NCBI GenBank assembly: GCA_013265495.1
Contig: MU058844.1
Span: forward strand, 9,382,184-9,446,183
Direction of reading: 5' to 3'
Source: Vicugna vicugna
Lineage: Eukaryota
Length of the DNA stretch: 64,000 nucleotides
In this document: in pieces, positions 50,325 to 63,944 of the stretch
Layout: every line of letters begins with the position of its first letter
How positions within the stretch are numbered: position 1 is the stretch's first letter
Program-made: the position numbers and the translations under genes
The notes under the pieces: generated by a model
Told to the model about the DNA's origin: nothing
Database searches by the model: none
What the model saw: the letters and a program-made list of their open reading frames with translations, nothing else

Positions 50325-51579
50325 TTTTTAAAATTGCAGTTTTATGGAGATATAATTCACATGCCATAAAATTCAACTATTTAAAGTGTACAATTTGGTA
50401 GTTTTTAGTATATTCAACACTGTCTAATTTGAGAACATTTGATCACTCCCAAAAGAAACCTGATAGCAATAATTACTCATTCCTCCTTCACCTCGGTTCC
50501 TAGAAATCACTATCCACTTTTTGTCCTTAGGAATTTAGCTTTTCTATACATTTCATATGAATGGAATCATACATGTGGTCTTTTTAATCTAGTTTCATTC
50601 ACTTACAATGATATTTTCAAGTTTCATCCATGTTGTAGCATGTATCAGTACTTTATTCTTTTATGGACAAATAGAACTATTTGAATATACCATATTTTGT
50701 TTATCTATTCATCAGTTGATTGATATTTAGGTTGTTTCTACAGTATGGCTACTATAAATAATGCTGCACTAAACATTCATACACAAGTTTTTATGTGGAC
50801 TTGTGCTTTCAATTGTCTTGGGGCTATATATACTTCAAAGATGAAATGCTGCATCATATAGTAACTCTGTGTTTAACATTTTGAGAAAATGTGCAGCTGT
50901 TTTACAAAGTGGTTATAGCATTTTAGAATCCCATCAGCAATTTATTAGGGTTCCTATTTCTCCACACTCTAACCAGCATTTGATATTATGTCTGTTTTGT
51001 TTTAGCCATCCTTGTGTGTGAAAAGTGTAGTTTTACACTTCATTGTAGTTTTAATTTGCATTTCCCTGATGTTGTGCCTTTTCATGTGTATTTTTTTCCA
51101 TTGGTTTATTTTCTTTGGAAGGCCTATTAACATCTTTTGCCCATTTTAAATTAGATAATTTGTCATTTTGTTGTTGAGTTGTAAGAGTCCTTTGTATATC
51201 GGGATCCAAGTCACTTATTAGACATATGATTTGCAAATTTTCTTCCCTTTGGTAAATTTTCTTCCATTCTTTGGAAGGTCTTTTTATTTTATTGATGTTG
51301 CTTTTTTAACGTTTAAAGTTTTTGCTTTGATGAAGATGAATTTATCTGTTTTTGCTTTTTGTTGCTTGTGCTTTTGGTGTCATACTTAAGAAACCATTGC
51401 CTAATCCAAAATAACAAAGATTTACTCATGTTTTCTTCTCAGAGATTTATAGATTTTGCTATTACATTTAGGTTTCTGATCCATTTTGAGTTAATTTTTG
51501 TATATGGTGTAAGGTAGGAGTTCAGCTTCATTCTTTAGCACGTGGATATCCAGTATTATTTATTGAAAAGACTATCCCA
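50325..51579 (-). mobile_element. L1MB-type LINE-1 3' end
   Basis: 'tttatggagatataattcacatgccataaaattcaactatttaaagtgtacaatt' through 'gatccattttgagttaatttttgtatatggtgtaaggtagg..ttattgaaaagactatcc'. Confidence 0.92.
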
Positions 51580-51764
51580 GTTGTTGATGTCTATAACTAG
51601 CATTTCTATTTGTTTCTCATCTATGAAAGACGTATATATTTAGCATAATAGTATAAATAAATACACTGAAAGAATATATATCAGAATAAATATATTTCTC
51701 TCCTCTTTGACAAAATTTTTTTTTAAAAACCTAGGTTAAATTTTTTTATGACTGTTTCTATCTC

Positions 51765-52242
51765 TGCATGTACCTACCTGGATTAGTATAAAAGTTATTT
51801 TCTATTATCTATGTTTGTTGGCAGCTTAGCAACCATTCCTGAATTCTGTGTCTGTTTCCCTTGCCAACAGGATTATGGCCTAGATTTACCAATCAAAGGC
51901 ACTCATGTGAGAAACAAAAAGCATTGCTCTCGGTCAACAGTGGGATATATTTGAGCTTCAGCAGATGTAAAGTTTTGCAATAGCCTCTGAGAATTTCCCT
52001 GCAAATTATCTGCCTTGGAGTTTCAGGCACCTATAAAGATGCACAGTGTATCCCTACATTTTCTGAAATTACCTGAGTCTCAGAAAACTAGCAGTGAATC
52101 TGAAAGTTATGATGACTTTTCCTTACCTTTACTCTTCCAACATACACAGTGGTTTTCCAGGCTTTCAATTCTTTGTATTAAATCTCTTCCTTCTTGGATT
52201 ATTTAGAGCAATTTTGTTTCTTTTTGAAGTATAACTGATATA
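51765..52242 (+). mobile_element. LTR33-like ERVL solo LTR
   Basis: Contains 'cccttgccaacagg..accaatcaaaggcactcatgtgaga' and the 3' end 'aattctttgtattaaatctcttccttcttgga..tttgtttc..aactgatata'. Confidence 0.6.
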
Positions 52243-52864
52243 TTTATGTTGAGGATATGCTACACACATATTTTTAAGTTCTATGGAATCAAAATTGTAT
52301 CCACACATTTAACAGATTTTTTGGAAACCTTTACTATTGTAAGAGGCTTTCTCACGCTGCCGTCTCCCTTGCCTTGATATTGCTGGGGCTTCGTCTGGAA
52401 TATCTACAAAAGAGGAAAGTTTCCCACTCATGCCCCTTGCTGAGGGGCCTGTGCATAATGGGTGAACTCCACTTTCTGTCCCCTGGAAAATCACAGCCCG
52501 CAAAACTTTCTTCCTATTTTCTTTCTTCGTATTTTCACCAGATGTCTCCTCATGGACAACATGTAGAACCTTCTCTGATTCCTTATGGGAGGACTGAGTC
52601 TTTGTGGGAGTGCATGGAGAGAGGAGGTCTGGTTTCTATTTTTCATCTTGGAAAGAGAGCTCCCAGAGTGGTGTTCTCTGTTCATTTTATTTTTCAGCTG
52701 GTTGTCCCACTCCCTCCTGTATAATACATTCGGGTACTACAACCGAGGTGCTTAGATAATGGAGACTGATGGAGGTGTTGATGTCTATAAACACACAACT
52801 AAAGACTACATTTTCTGATTACCAACTCTGTTCCAGGTTCTGTACGATGATTTTATTTTAAAAA

Positions 52865-53095
52865 GAGCTACCACTTTTAGTGCACACTACCTTAACACCA
52901 GGCACTATGCTAAGGAGTTTGTAATTATTGTCTTATTAATTTTGTGAGGTAGGTACTCTTATCATTTCCATTTTATTGATGAAAAACAGACTTTAAAAGA
53001 TTAAATAATATCCCACAATCACAGAGTTACTATGTCACAGAACTGGTTTTCAAACCCAGGTCTGTATAGCCCTAAAGCCCATATTTTTTAGGTCA
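52865..53095 (-). mobile_element. MIR SINE
   Basis: 'ccaggcactatgctaagg..gtgaggtaggtactcttatcatttccattttattgatgaaaaacaga..tcaaacccaggtctg'. Confidence 0.85.
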
Positions 53096-53144
53096 CTCAA
53101 TGCTGTGACTTACATTTGTGCATATATTATAGAAGTTTATATCT

Positions 53145-53520
53145 CTCTTCTGTATTATTCCAATCCACCATCCATTACCATGGGTGCTAGGCTTTTATAA
53201 GCAAATCATATAGTCACCTTTGCTCATAAGTTTTCAGTGGTTCCCTACCTCCTACACTCTTTAATATGGATCAAAAGCCACTTGCTGATTTGACCCCTAG
53301 AACTTACTGAGTCTTAGTTCCCCTAATTCCTCCAAACTGTATGTTATTCTAACATGTTTTCCCTCTGTCTGGAATGCTTACATGACTGGAAACTCATAAT
53401 CATTCTTCAAGCCTTACCTCCAAACCTCACCTTCTCTGTGAAGGTTTTATAAACTTAATTTCTTCAGGAAGACTTGGACATAACTTCCACCTCTACTCTC
53501 ATTGCTTCTTGCATATTTGT
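53145..53520 (+). mobile_element. L2 fragment, followed by a MIR 3' piece (~53540-53637)
   Basis: Contains 'ttttcagtggttcccta' and 'ttccctctgtctggaatgct..aactcataatcattcttcaag..tcaccttctctgtgaag'. Confidence 0.7.
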
Positions 53521-54400
53521 GTGAGGAAATTATGTTTTAGTCGTAGGTTTATTGTAAAGATGAAATAAGATTATCCATGTACAAGACCCAATGGAACACC
53601 TAGCACACAGTAAATGCTCGTCAAAATATTAGTTACTTTTGCATTTTTATTACTGACCATTATCCAAAAACATAAAACTAGAGCATTGCAATTTTATTTA
53701 CTTTTTCTATAGCTATCCACTTTTTATTGTTCTACCTTTTATACAATAAGTTCTTTTACTTAGTGTTTGTGTTTCTGACCAGAGAGAAGCCTGGGAATAT
53801 TCTAGGCATGGCTTGTTGGCTATTATTTACCTCCTGCTGAAACTGTGTAGTTGGTTACCAAACCAAATTTGAAAGACTTTAGGCCTTCAAATGGAAATAA
53901 TTTGCTATGATGATGTACATGTTGGTTTGTATTTAAATAGTATGCTTGGGAAGCATCAAACGCAGAAAAGAACCATCACTTCACTTGTTCGGTTATTTAA
54001 AATTTAGTGATGCTCAGCCTGCTTTGGGAGGCAGCTTGATAAAGCCACACAAGCTCTTTGCCTGCTCTGTTGGCTGCCACCCAGGCTGCTGGTGAAGGTA
54101 TCGTCTCTTCACTAAAAGGAAGAAGAGGATACGGTGGAACTCACAGACTGTTAAGGCAGACTTCTAATTCCTCCCCTCTGTTAGTGGAGCTCAGGCAGTG
54201 TGTCCTCAGTCAGAGCCAACAGTAAAGTGGCCTCAGGTTCTTAGACTGAAAATAAGTACGTATATGTGAATCTGTCATGACATTGTCATCCTAAAACATA
54301 AAAAGAACTTGAGACAAACCGGCATTACTTATGCACTATCTTCTTTATCTTTATAACCGTAATTCTTAGCAGTATTTTGGTCCCAAACCAGACACTGAGT

Positions 54401-54429
54401 AAAAGATAAAAGGAAAAAAGGGGAAAAAA

Positions 54430-54505
<76 letters not shown>

Positions 54506-54648
54506 GAAAGGAAGGAGGAAGGAAGGAAAGAAGAAAGAAAAAAAGGGAGGGGGAGGAAAGAAAGAAAGGAAGGAAGGAAGGAAAAGGAAAGGAGAGAAAG
54601 GAAAAGGAAAGTTAAGGTAAAGAAAGGAAAGGAAACAAAAGGAAGGGA
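54401..54648. repeat. Long polypurine tract with a perfect (AAAG)n core (~54429-54504) and (AAGG)n
   Basis: Seen directly. It explains the F/L/S-rich minus-strand ORFs 54325-54702. Confidence 0.97.
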
Positions 54649-54879
54649 TGGTTGGAGGTGACATTTCTCCTTTTTAGTGACTACACCACAGCTTTTTTTC
54701 ATTTTCCTGCTGCCTATATCTCTGGAATGTTTTCTACTAAAAAGTTTTTTTTCTCCACACTCTTTTGCATTATACTACCCTGCTGCAGCCAGTGTCTATT
54801 TGTAACCCTTGTTTTCTACCCAGAGCTGCCGTGAAAGACATAACTAGAGCTTTCCTGGATAGACAAGAAGAAAACACAT

Positions 54880-55203
54880 CCTGTTAAAGTCACAAATGCC
54901 TCCGTGACTTGCTTAGGTCCATTAACTGTGAGCAGCGGGAAGGAGTGCCTCTTTGTTTATTTTGGGTGGAAGCATTGCAGAGTAGAGGGCGAACTTTCAT
55001 GCTCTCCTTCCCAAGGCACACGTGGAAGCACCATGTTGAAAGAGTGCCTTTACTTGTGAACTCGCAGATCCTTGTGTCACCGTGATCTACACAGCTTTCT
55101 GGCTAATCCAAGTTCATCTATAACATAAATAAATGGTAAATGTTATTTTAAGCGACCAAGATGTTACTATTGTAACATAATCTTGCATGTTCTGAATAAT
55201 ACA
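54880..55203 (+). mobile_element. MLT1 (MaLR) LTR fragment
   Basis: Contains 'gtgacttgcttaggtccattaa' and 'catgctctccttccc', with the 3' end 'tgttattttaagcgacc..gtaacataatcttgcatgttctgaataataca'. Confidence 0.6.
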
Positions 55204-55994
55204 AATATACATTTTCTTTATGCACGTGGATTGGAAACAGACATCAGTCCTTTCAGGCCAGTAAAAGACCCCATTTTATCGATCAGACCATAGATAGAGG
55301 GAACTTCCTAAACATACACTTCTTTTTCATAAGGTTGATCACTTGGGCTGCACAAGTTATTAGCTACACTGAGTTTCAGTCTGACCTCACAGCATTACTG
55401 GGCAGTCTCTCAGGATCTTGGCAGAAATTCTTTATCTCTGTACTTGTGAGTGAAAAGGAAGGGCTTCCAGGTTGCATGCCCCATTTGAAGCAATAACATA
55501 GAAAAATCTCTGGCTTACAATGAATAGCCACTTCAAGTAGAATAGCCACTATTTCTATTTTAACTTTTATCCTGATAAAAGGTTGATTCAAATGACTCAA
55601 AGAATTCTTTCCTAGTCCAACACCCTTCTTGCAAATAAGTTCTGCCTCCTGAAAAATGATTGCTGTTAATCCAATTTTGTTTGGTTCACTGTATTCCTAA
55701 TTATACTCAGTTCCAGCCTAACTCCTAAGATTTGATACAGTCCAGCATTCCTTTGGTTGCTGTTTCATAGTAATAAAGGTCAGCTGGAGTTACTCACAAA
55801 TTTTATGAAATGTAGGAGGCTGGGTCATTCTGGTTTCCTTTTTCTTGTTTCAGGAAAAGTCAAGGGTGTGATTGGAGCAGAACTGTTTCATTATTTCCCA
55901 GCGATGTGTCTGTAGTTCTAAACTAAATTAAACACATCAGCCTGACAACAATAATTGCGTTCCTGAAGAGGAAACTCTTGAGAACCTTAGCATT

Positions 55995-56230
55995 TTTCAT
56001 TTATTTATTCATTGAACAAATATTTACTTTATGTTGATAGTAGTGCAGGCAGTTTTCTACGTACTGGGTGTCCTGCCCTCAAGGAGACACCAGACAGTAT
56101 ACAGGAAATGAAGTGTACCAGTAAGTGTCAGATAAGTGATAAGGGCTACAAATAAAATTAAACAGATATGGGACTAGGCGGTGCCTGAGGTGAGTCACCT
56201 TAGTTTGGGTGGTCAGGGAGGACTCCTTAC
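55995..56230 (-). mobile_element. L2 3' fragment
   Basis: 'tcatttatttattcattgaacaaatatttact..cctgccctcaaggag..tcagataagtgataagggcta..gggtggtcagggaggactcct'. Confidence 0.85.
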
Positions 56231-58234
56231 TTTATCAGTGTGATTTATCACCTATTAGCGAACTTTTCCAGGTGAGCGTACACCTGGAAGAAAAACAAAA
56301 ACAAAAATAGTAGAAGATAGAAAATTGCCCTGCACGGTATTAGTGAATTGGGGAAGAGTGGTGACCAAATTGACTCCAGAGAAACTGATCAGCTCCCTCT
56401 ATTTTACTGCTTATCCCGTCCCCACTTCCAGCAGTCAGGCCTAATTGAAATCTAGTCAAAACAGTTTCCGTCAGAACAGGATGGGGGTTTGTGACTGTGG
56501 TGAATCACACTGCCATTTGACTCTGCATTTGGCTCTGAGCGATGCTTGAGGCACGGAGACATGTAAAGCCAATTCACTCAGATCTGAAAATATCATCAGT
56601 ATTATATTCACTAAACACCCTCATTTTTATCACAGAGCTTTTATTGACAGATATGAAAAGGCAAATTACTCTAATCAAAACCAAATTTTTTAAAGAGTCA
56701 ATGAGAAAAAGTTCAAGTGCCTTGGAGTACCAAAGATACTTTGTGCTTTGTTGACAGCAAATGAAAGAGTCATTTAAGAAAACTAACAATGTGTGGATTA
56801 GATGGTCAACAAGGCTTAATGCACAGTGGATTTGAGTCTTTCCCTGGGGACTAGGAGGGCAGTTACTGAGCCTCAGTGCAGGAAAGCTAAAAATTCTCCC
56901 TCTGGGCTCTTCACTCATGCTAATGCAGAGGGTGACTCCACATATGCTGGACAATCATTTAACTGACACCTACAAGCTGAAGAAAAGAAGGAAAAGGTAA
57001 CCACAGTTTATTTCATGCTTTTGGTGGCTACTCAGGTAAGGTGCTAGGCACCTCACATGTATTTCCTCATTCCAGGTACCCTTCCATTTCCAACTGGAAC
57101 ATGTCACCAGGGCATTAACCTTGGTCCTTGTATACATTCTTCAGTAATGTTCAAGTCAGTCTGCAACATTTACTGGGATACAGACGTGGAGCTTCCACGG
57201 CTGCAGCTATAGTTTATCAGTGCAGGAGAGCAGGGTGCATATCCCCACAAGACAAGTAAATGCAAACTCATAGAAGGCTAAAGGTGCATTTTTACAGAAT
57301 CCCCTTCTAGAGACTGTATCTAAAAGATGGAGAACTCTATGCTGTAACCATATTTGAATTATACTTGCACAACCTCTTTGATTAAAAAAAAAAGGATAGA
57401 ATAGAAAGAACAAAGAAAGACAGTAAACAAAGGATTCTATCATCTTGCCTCTGATTTTTTTTTTTCCTAGCTTTTTATACAGTAAGATCAGCAAAGGAAA
57501 GATAATGTCAATACTGGGAGGAGATGAAGGGAAGAACCAAACACTGGAACGCAGGTTGAGAGCCTTTACGGGGTACCCCCTTAGGCTAGGGCATAAATTA
57601 ATCCATTCCCCAAGGGCTGTCTTAAAAGAGCCGACTGTCTATTAAGGCAAGGCTGAGAAACTGTCTTATTTATTGTCTGGGTTTTTGTTGTTTATTTTTG
57701 TAACTAAAGCATAATGGACTGTTTCTCCTATATTTTCATTTGAGCCAAGGTTATAAAAGTGATCTGAATTGTATATTAGCCGTTTTATATCCTCATGAAA
57801 TCTCTCAATATGACACATTTGAAAGTGAATGATTATATGAGGTATGTTTAGAATCGTAAAGCCATACCGGGAAATGTGAATTGCATTTTTGACATTTATC
57901 CATAAATTAATTACTCAAGCATTCATGCATAAGGAGAAATTGTTGAATTTTCTTCAGATGTTAATTATTGACCAAAATCTTATTCATATTTAGATGCACA
58001 TCATTCAGGCATTATTTTCTTATGTGAGGTGCATCTCCTGAAATAAAATATGAGCCTCTAGGGTAATGGAAAAGCCACACATTTTACAATTATCAGAAAA
58101 AGTCTATGGTGATAAATATTGCCTTTAAAACACCTGGGAAGCTATAATTTCTCAAAATAAATTGTAAACTAAGCATGATTTTATTTTGCAGGGCTTTGAA
58201 GCTATAAATCAGCTTATGTTTGCCTCTATTCATT

Positions 58235-58350
58235 TAACCTATTGTTCCCTCACTTCCCTATTTCCAGGGAGGTGATAATAATAACCCCTCTGTATCTCGT
58301 AGAGGCCATTATGAAGATAAATGGAATAATATGTGTGAGCGTGCTCTGGG
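58235..58350 (+). mobile_element. MIR3/MIRc fragment
   Basis: 'cctcacttccctatt..gataataataacccctctgtatctc..ttatgaagataaatggaataatatgtgtgagcgtgctctg'. Confidence 0.6.
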
Positions 58351-59159
58351 CTATTTGAAAGAGTACATATATTGATTTGAAAGAATATATATATGTATAC
58401 ATATAAAAATTAGAATGTGGTTAATATTAATTGTTGAGGAATTATAGACTAAACACTTAATAAGATTTTTATACTGTAATTCAAATAAAATTTCATAAAA
58501 ATACTCAACATGTTTCAATGAAGGAACCAGTGATTTACCACATCCTCTGATTCAAGTGATTCAAAATAAATGTTATTGATTTTTTCCTCTTGATTTTGTT
58601 TTTTTCTGATCACTCTAGTAAGTCCTCATGGGCCATTACTCACTGACACATTTTATGGTCTGGTGAGCCTAAATTCAGAAACACACCTTCCTAGTCTGTT
58701 TACAACTATAAAAGTTAGTCAGTGGCTATCTAGAGTTCTAACATTCTTTACGATAATTTCTAAAAGCTATTATGCTGTTATCTTTAATCTTAATTGTGCT
58801 ATTTTCCATCCCCCATTTTACCCATAGAGAGGAGTAATGATGCAAGTTATCAGAAACAACAGATAATCCATTGATCCCTCCAGCAGAATAAGCAGTTGTG
58901 TGCAATGTGGACAGTCATGGGGATTGTAAAAATATGGCTGTAACTGGGTTGGATCTATTCTTTCTATGGCTTTAGTATATTATTGGAGGGGAGTCCCAGC
59001 TGGGCTCTCCAACCTCCTTCGTCCAGTTAAATTGTGGCTATTCATGATTTCAAGGTCATTAACAGTCAGAAAATGAATGCAGATTAATATAGGGAATTGA
59101 ATTTAATTCTCATTACTCTGGAGAAATAGCACTGGGAATGGATGTTATGCTTGCCTGTC

Positions 59160-59355
59160 TAATAGATCCCTCTTCTGTGCTCCCAAGGTACCCTGCCTAC
59201 AGAAATATTTTCACTTGGATAAACAAATAAACTAGACAATGGCTATATTCTTTAAAAGAGCAAAAGCATGAATTGTGCACTTTAACCCCCAGCAACTGGA
59301 ATAGTGGCTGGAATGAAACAAATGTAGTATTAAATATGTTTATATGAATGAATGG
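59160..59355 (+). mobile_element. L2 3' fragment
   Basis: 'ccctcttctgtgctccca..ccccagcaactggaatagtggctggaa..taaatatgtttatatgaatgaatg'. Confidence 0.6.
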
Positions 59356-59660
59356 CTTAAAAAATATTCATTAACCAATTTAGATCTCAATATGAAAAAA
59401 TGTTACTCTTTTATTCTGACATCAGGTAAAATCAGAAAAGGAGGCTTGGAAAAGAACTTGGGAGAAAATGATGGAATTTAAATAGTTCTTAAAAAGATAG
59501 ATTGCTTCACTGGGGAAGGAAGAACACCTTACTGGGCTATTCATAAGCAAGGACTCTGCCTCCTATTCTTTGTTCTTGAAGGAAACTGGTGCTAATTTGA
59601 ACCTTTTAAATCAGAGCTCTGCTTGTTCTTTCCTTTGTCTGAAACGTCTCTCTCTCTCTG

Positions 59661-59701
59661 GTTTTGCTTTGTTTTGTTTTGTTTTGTTTTGTTTTGTTTT
59701 G
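59661..59701. repeat. (TTTTG)n microsatellite
   Basis: Seen directly. Confidence 0.95.
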
Positions 59702-61670
59702 AATAAGTTTGCAGTAGGATGGCATGCAATGGCAAAGTATTTGCCTTTGTAAAAATTGCATATTCTTCTTTAGGAAGTTACCCTTGAAATAAAAAGAGCT
59801 GAGTCTTAGTTATTTAAAGTCCGCAGTATGTGACCCTTAACCAACAATTAAATGGTGGACCCAGCATTACAACTTTATAAACAATGCCAGGCAAATTTTT
59901 CCAAATTGAAGTTTTTAAAGTAAGATAGACATACTTAAGCACTATGATAATTTGGCAAAGTTCTAATTCAGCATACTGTCAATAGAATACAAATTATGTG
60001 AAAATCTTTATAACAACATAATGAGTAATTTTGCTGAAATGAAGGCTAAAAAATTAAATTATGTGAAATAAATATATAATTTGTAGTTTGTTTTGCTTTA
60101 TGTCTCATCCAAATACTTTCCTCCTTTCAATAGAATAACCAAGTATGTGTCATAATACTTAAATTGGTTCACTTTTGATATTTTGCTGACTGGTAACAAA
60201 AATTACCAAAGCCTAATGCATATTTTTCTATATGTCCATTATGAAGGGATACTTGTCAAGATAGAAGAGAGGAATATATTTCATTTAATAGCCTGTAGTC
60301 ATAGTTATAACTTCCAAATATTTAGTCTTACTGTATATGGACCTACTTTTGTAATGTTTTCCAAGTTCCACAAATACTAGGTGTAAACCTGGGGATCACA
60401 CTTACTGTAAAGGAAGTGGATGTTTCTAGTTTTACCAGTCTTGTGAAGAAGCCAGAGTATCAAAGTATAATTTTCTAAATGTTAAATATATAACTCACAA
60501 AAAAACAAAAAGTAAGCTCAAGTCAAACACATTAATGAAAGATTAAGCCAAAGGTTAAACTGGTTCAATGGAGTGTAAGAAAGACGAGTGTATGTACTAC
60601 AGTCAGAGAAAGAAAAAATGCTGCAATGACATTGCTAAGTGAAGTTCAAAACTGTTTAATAGCCTCCAGGGCCATAAAATGTAACCTTGTGGATTATTTT
60701 TTCTATCAGACAGAAATCATTTGTATCTCAACTGGACAAAAATCATTACAATTTACCAGTCATCTAAAGGTTAACATCTAACTGCATAGTGTCTGGAACT
60801 TTAACAATAGTGAATAGTAAATGAGACAAAACTGAGTCCTCTTAGAGAATTAGGTAAGCCTTGAGCAGACCGATTAACCAGTATTATAGTATGTCACGGA
60901 AGGGATGTGTTGTCATCCTTTTGTCTCCCGAGTTTTGGATACTTTTTCTTAGTAAGGGAAAGGGGAAAAAAAGCTGAGAAATTCAGTCTTAAATTGGGGT
61001 GAGAGGGGCTTCTTCTCTAACTGGAGTTGGGGCAGTGGGCCATGACTCTGAGCAATAGAGATAGGCTCAGAAACATACCATGTGGTAAGAGGAAGTTGGC
61101 CCTGGCCACTTACAGGCAGGTCTGAAACCAGGACAACTGGTACTTATGTGACTGGGACACTTCAGGGATGGGCCTGGACTGGCATGCTCCAAGAGCAACT
61201 TTATTTTATTGGAGTTGTAATTTATTCTGTGTCTTCAAATCCATTCTTTATCTCTAGCCTTCAGTAAAATCCAGCCAAGTGGTAGACTCATAGTTCGCTG
61301 TGTTTTGGAAACTTAAGGAGGGGGTCTGTTTAATGTTTTGGTGGGTGTTCATGTTAGGCATGGAGAAAAAGGGGAGGGGCAGTGTTTTTCCTCACACTGA
61401 AGCCAGTATTGTGATCCCATCAGTGGCTCAAGGGAAGATGACCAGAAAGAGAACCTACATGAAATTACTTACCACCGACATTGTTGATTATACAAAAAGA
61501 AAGAGCTATATTGATTGGACTTGGCCAATACTAGTGGCAAGTGAAGATCAGGTCATATGAAATACCTGGGCAGGTGTGTATCAGAACTACTTGGAAGGGG
61601 GCCCTGGAAAAGACTAGCTTTTTCCTTCAGACATATGTAACAGGGTCCAGAGCACCTGTGCTTACTGAAC

Positions 61671-61850
61671 TGTAGTACAATGATTGCAGCTATGAACTCA
61701 TATTATCTGGGTTCAAATCCTAATTCCATCTCTTAATAGCTATATGAATTTGATATTACCTAGCTTCTTTCTGCCTCAGTTTCCGTATCAGTGAAATAGG
61801 TATAAAACTTTCCTCCACACAGGGCTATTAGGAGAACGAAGTGAATATCC
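61671..61850 (+). mobile_element. MIR SINE
   Basis: 'ctgggttcaaatcctaattcca..ttaatagctatatga..ctgcctcagtttccgtatcagtgaaatagg'. Confidence 0.85.
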
Positions 61851-61904
61851 ATCTACTTACCTATCTTCAAATACTTAAGTAGGTGCCTATCATATTGTAT
61901 GCAG

Positions 61905-62325
61905 TTTGTCTCTTGGCATAAGGTCTATTCTTGCCTTCCTGGATTTGCTTTTGAATTGTAGAAGTGGTAGCCTGCAAACTATATTTCCCCTATCAGTTGG
62001 GTTCAGAATTTCACAAAGAGGATGAGAGATGCTGTCTTTCCTTGTGTTTCGAGATGCCTTCTGCAGAAGTAGTAGCAATAGTGTCATATAGGCTTTTCAG
62101 TGGGAGTGTGGCTCCCAGGTGCCCACTCAGCTACAATAACAGCAGGGACAGAGCCTCCAGCAGAGTAGTGCTAAGACAGGGCTTCAGTCCAGCAATGGTA
62201 CCAGCTCTAGATCAACAGATAAAGCTCTGTACTCTGTGTTTCAGCCTCTCCAACAACTTTGGAACTACTTCTGTGCAGTAAATCCCTTTACACTTGAAGT
62301 ATCTGGACACAGCTGTTATTATCTT
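61905..62325 (+). mobile_element. LTR33/LTR16-like ERVL LTR
   Basis: Contains 'gcctgcaaactatatttccc' and the 3' end 'cagcctctccaacaactttggaactacttctgtgcagtaaatccctttacacttgaagtatctgga'. Confidence 0.55.
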
Positions 62326-63721
62326 ATTATATTACTTCCATTATCCATATCAATTATGATATTAATACTATTATTAGTATTCTCTGAAACATTATCTAGG
62401 AACCAAAAAGTCTAACGATACAGCCTTCCTATCTAGCTTTTCCAATCTACTACTCTAGTCCTTTTTCCCACATCCTTGATGCAGAAGAATATATAATGAA
62501 TGATCAAATAGTTATATGAACTGGTGTATCATTTAAATACACCGCTATAGGTTTATATCTATCACCGATCTATGGCTTAGTGGGGGAGAGATTTATTTCA
62601 TTTGACGCCAGTCTAAGAAAGATCATATTATTTTGGAGAACAGATTTTGAACAATTAGAAAAATGTATAATCAGTAATAGGAGAGTTCTTATGTTCTACA
62701 TAAGGCAAACGTGTCTAGAAATATTGTGTGATTTATCTTCAATATATTATCTTTCTTCGGCTTTCTATTGATTATCCATGACTTCTAACAGTTTGAAGGA
62801 GAAAATACATACCATACAGGTTACCTTGTTTCACAGCTGAAGCCATGTAGTTTATTTCCAATAGCTGGACTGCCTTTGTAAAGCAAACTGATCAATGAAT
62901 TTAGCATCCCTAATTATAAATTTATAGAAGGATTTGTGAATGTGGGGTCTTAAAACAGGGAAATAATGTGAAAAAATGGTCTGGAAAAGGCAGAATTGAT
63001 ACAGAAAGAAAGTATTTGGCTCAGCACTGAACTTAAAATTTACTGAGAGATCAGTCTGGCTCACATTTTTTTCTTGGTTCTAATTCTTCCATTTCTTTAA
63101 GGGTTTAATCCTCTCATACTTGTCTTTTCTCATTGTCTTCCTCTGTTAGTCTCTGGAGAAGACTATTGTTGAATGTGTCCTCTCCATGCTCTGGTTTTTG
63201 CTGGCAGACGAGAGACTCCTCATTACACAGTTATACAGTATAGCTGGCCGTGGGCCACGTTAGCTGGAAAATGGCTTCCCTTTGAACAATTCTTTCCAAC
63301 GGCTTATTTCAGCAAACGACTTCCTTGGCTAGGTTGATCTCTTTATTAGTAACCTGGGGTCCATAACTATACAACATGTGACTAAAAATAAATAAGATCA
63401 ATATGCAGGTGTAACCTATAGCACTAGCATCTTTGTGACAGTGATACCACCTGAGACATCTGATTAGTGTACACGGGAGACTTTCTAAAAGCTGGAGAAA
63501 GAAAATACAAAGAACTGCTGCAATATGATTTGAAGAATCATTGACTAGAAGACAGTAGGGCGAAATAAAGACTGTAGGGCTTTGTAATCAGACCACTTAA
63601 GCTCAGTCCTTGACCCTTTCACTCTAAGAATGAATTCATATCTTAATTTACCTGCCTCTCTCTTTTCCCTCTGCCTCTCCTCATACACACATGCCACACA
63701 AGCCATACCTACAGCTTGTAT

Positions 63722-63944
63722 CAAAAGTCAGCCAGTTATTATGACCTGCTGCCCAAATTCAGCCTGCCACCTATTTGTGTAAATAAAGTTTTATTGGAAA
63801 ATAGCCACACTCACTTGCTCACATATTGCCTATGGCCACTTTTTTACATCACAGGCAGTTTATTAGTTGTCAGAGATGATACAAATACAAAGCCTAAGCT
63901 ATTTACTACTTGGACCTTCACAGAAAATATTGTGCTGATCTCTG
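63722..63944 (+). mobile_element. MER58A hAT-Charlie MITE
   Basis: 'ccaaattcagcctgccacctatttgtgtaaataaagttttattggaaaatagccacac..aaagcctaagctatttactacttggaccttcacagaaaa..gctgatctctg'. The 8-bp flanks gcttgtat / gcttagat match at 6 of 8 positions (TSD). Confidence 0.9.

Noticed and set aside
49908..52322. 18-bp direct repeat ACATTTAACAGATTTTTT at 49908-49925 and 52305-52322
   Set aside because: AT-rich with a T-run, and it does not abut element ends as a TSD would; plausibly chance.
54325..54702. F/L/S-rich ORFs
   Set aside because: Translations of the (CTTT)n microsatellite.
60892..61440. Possible ancient Gypsy-like LTR starting 'tgtcacgg'
   Set aside because: The resemblance is vague; no clear CA end or TSD identified.
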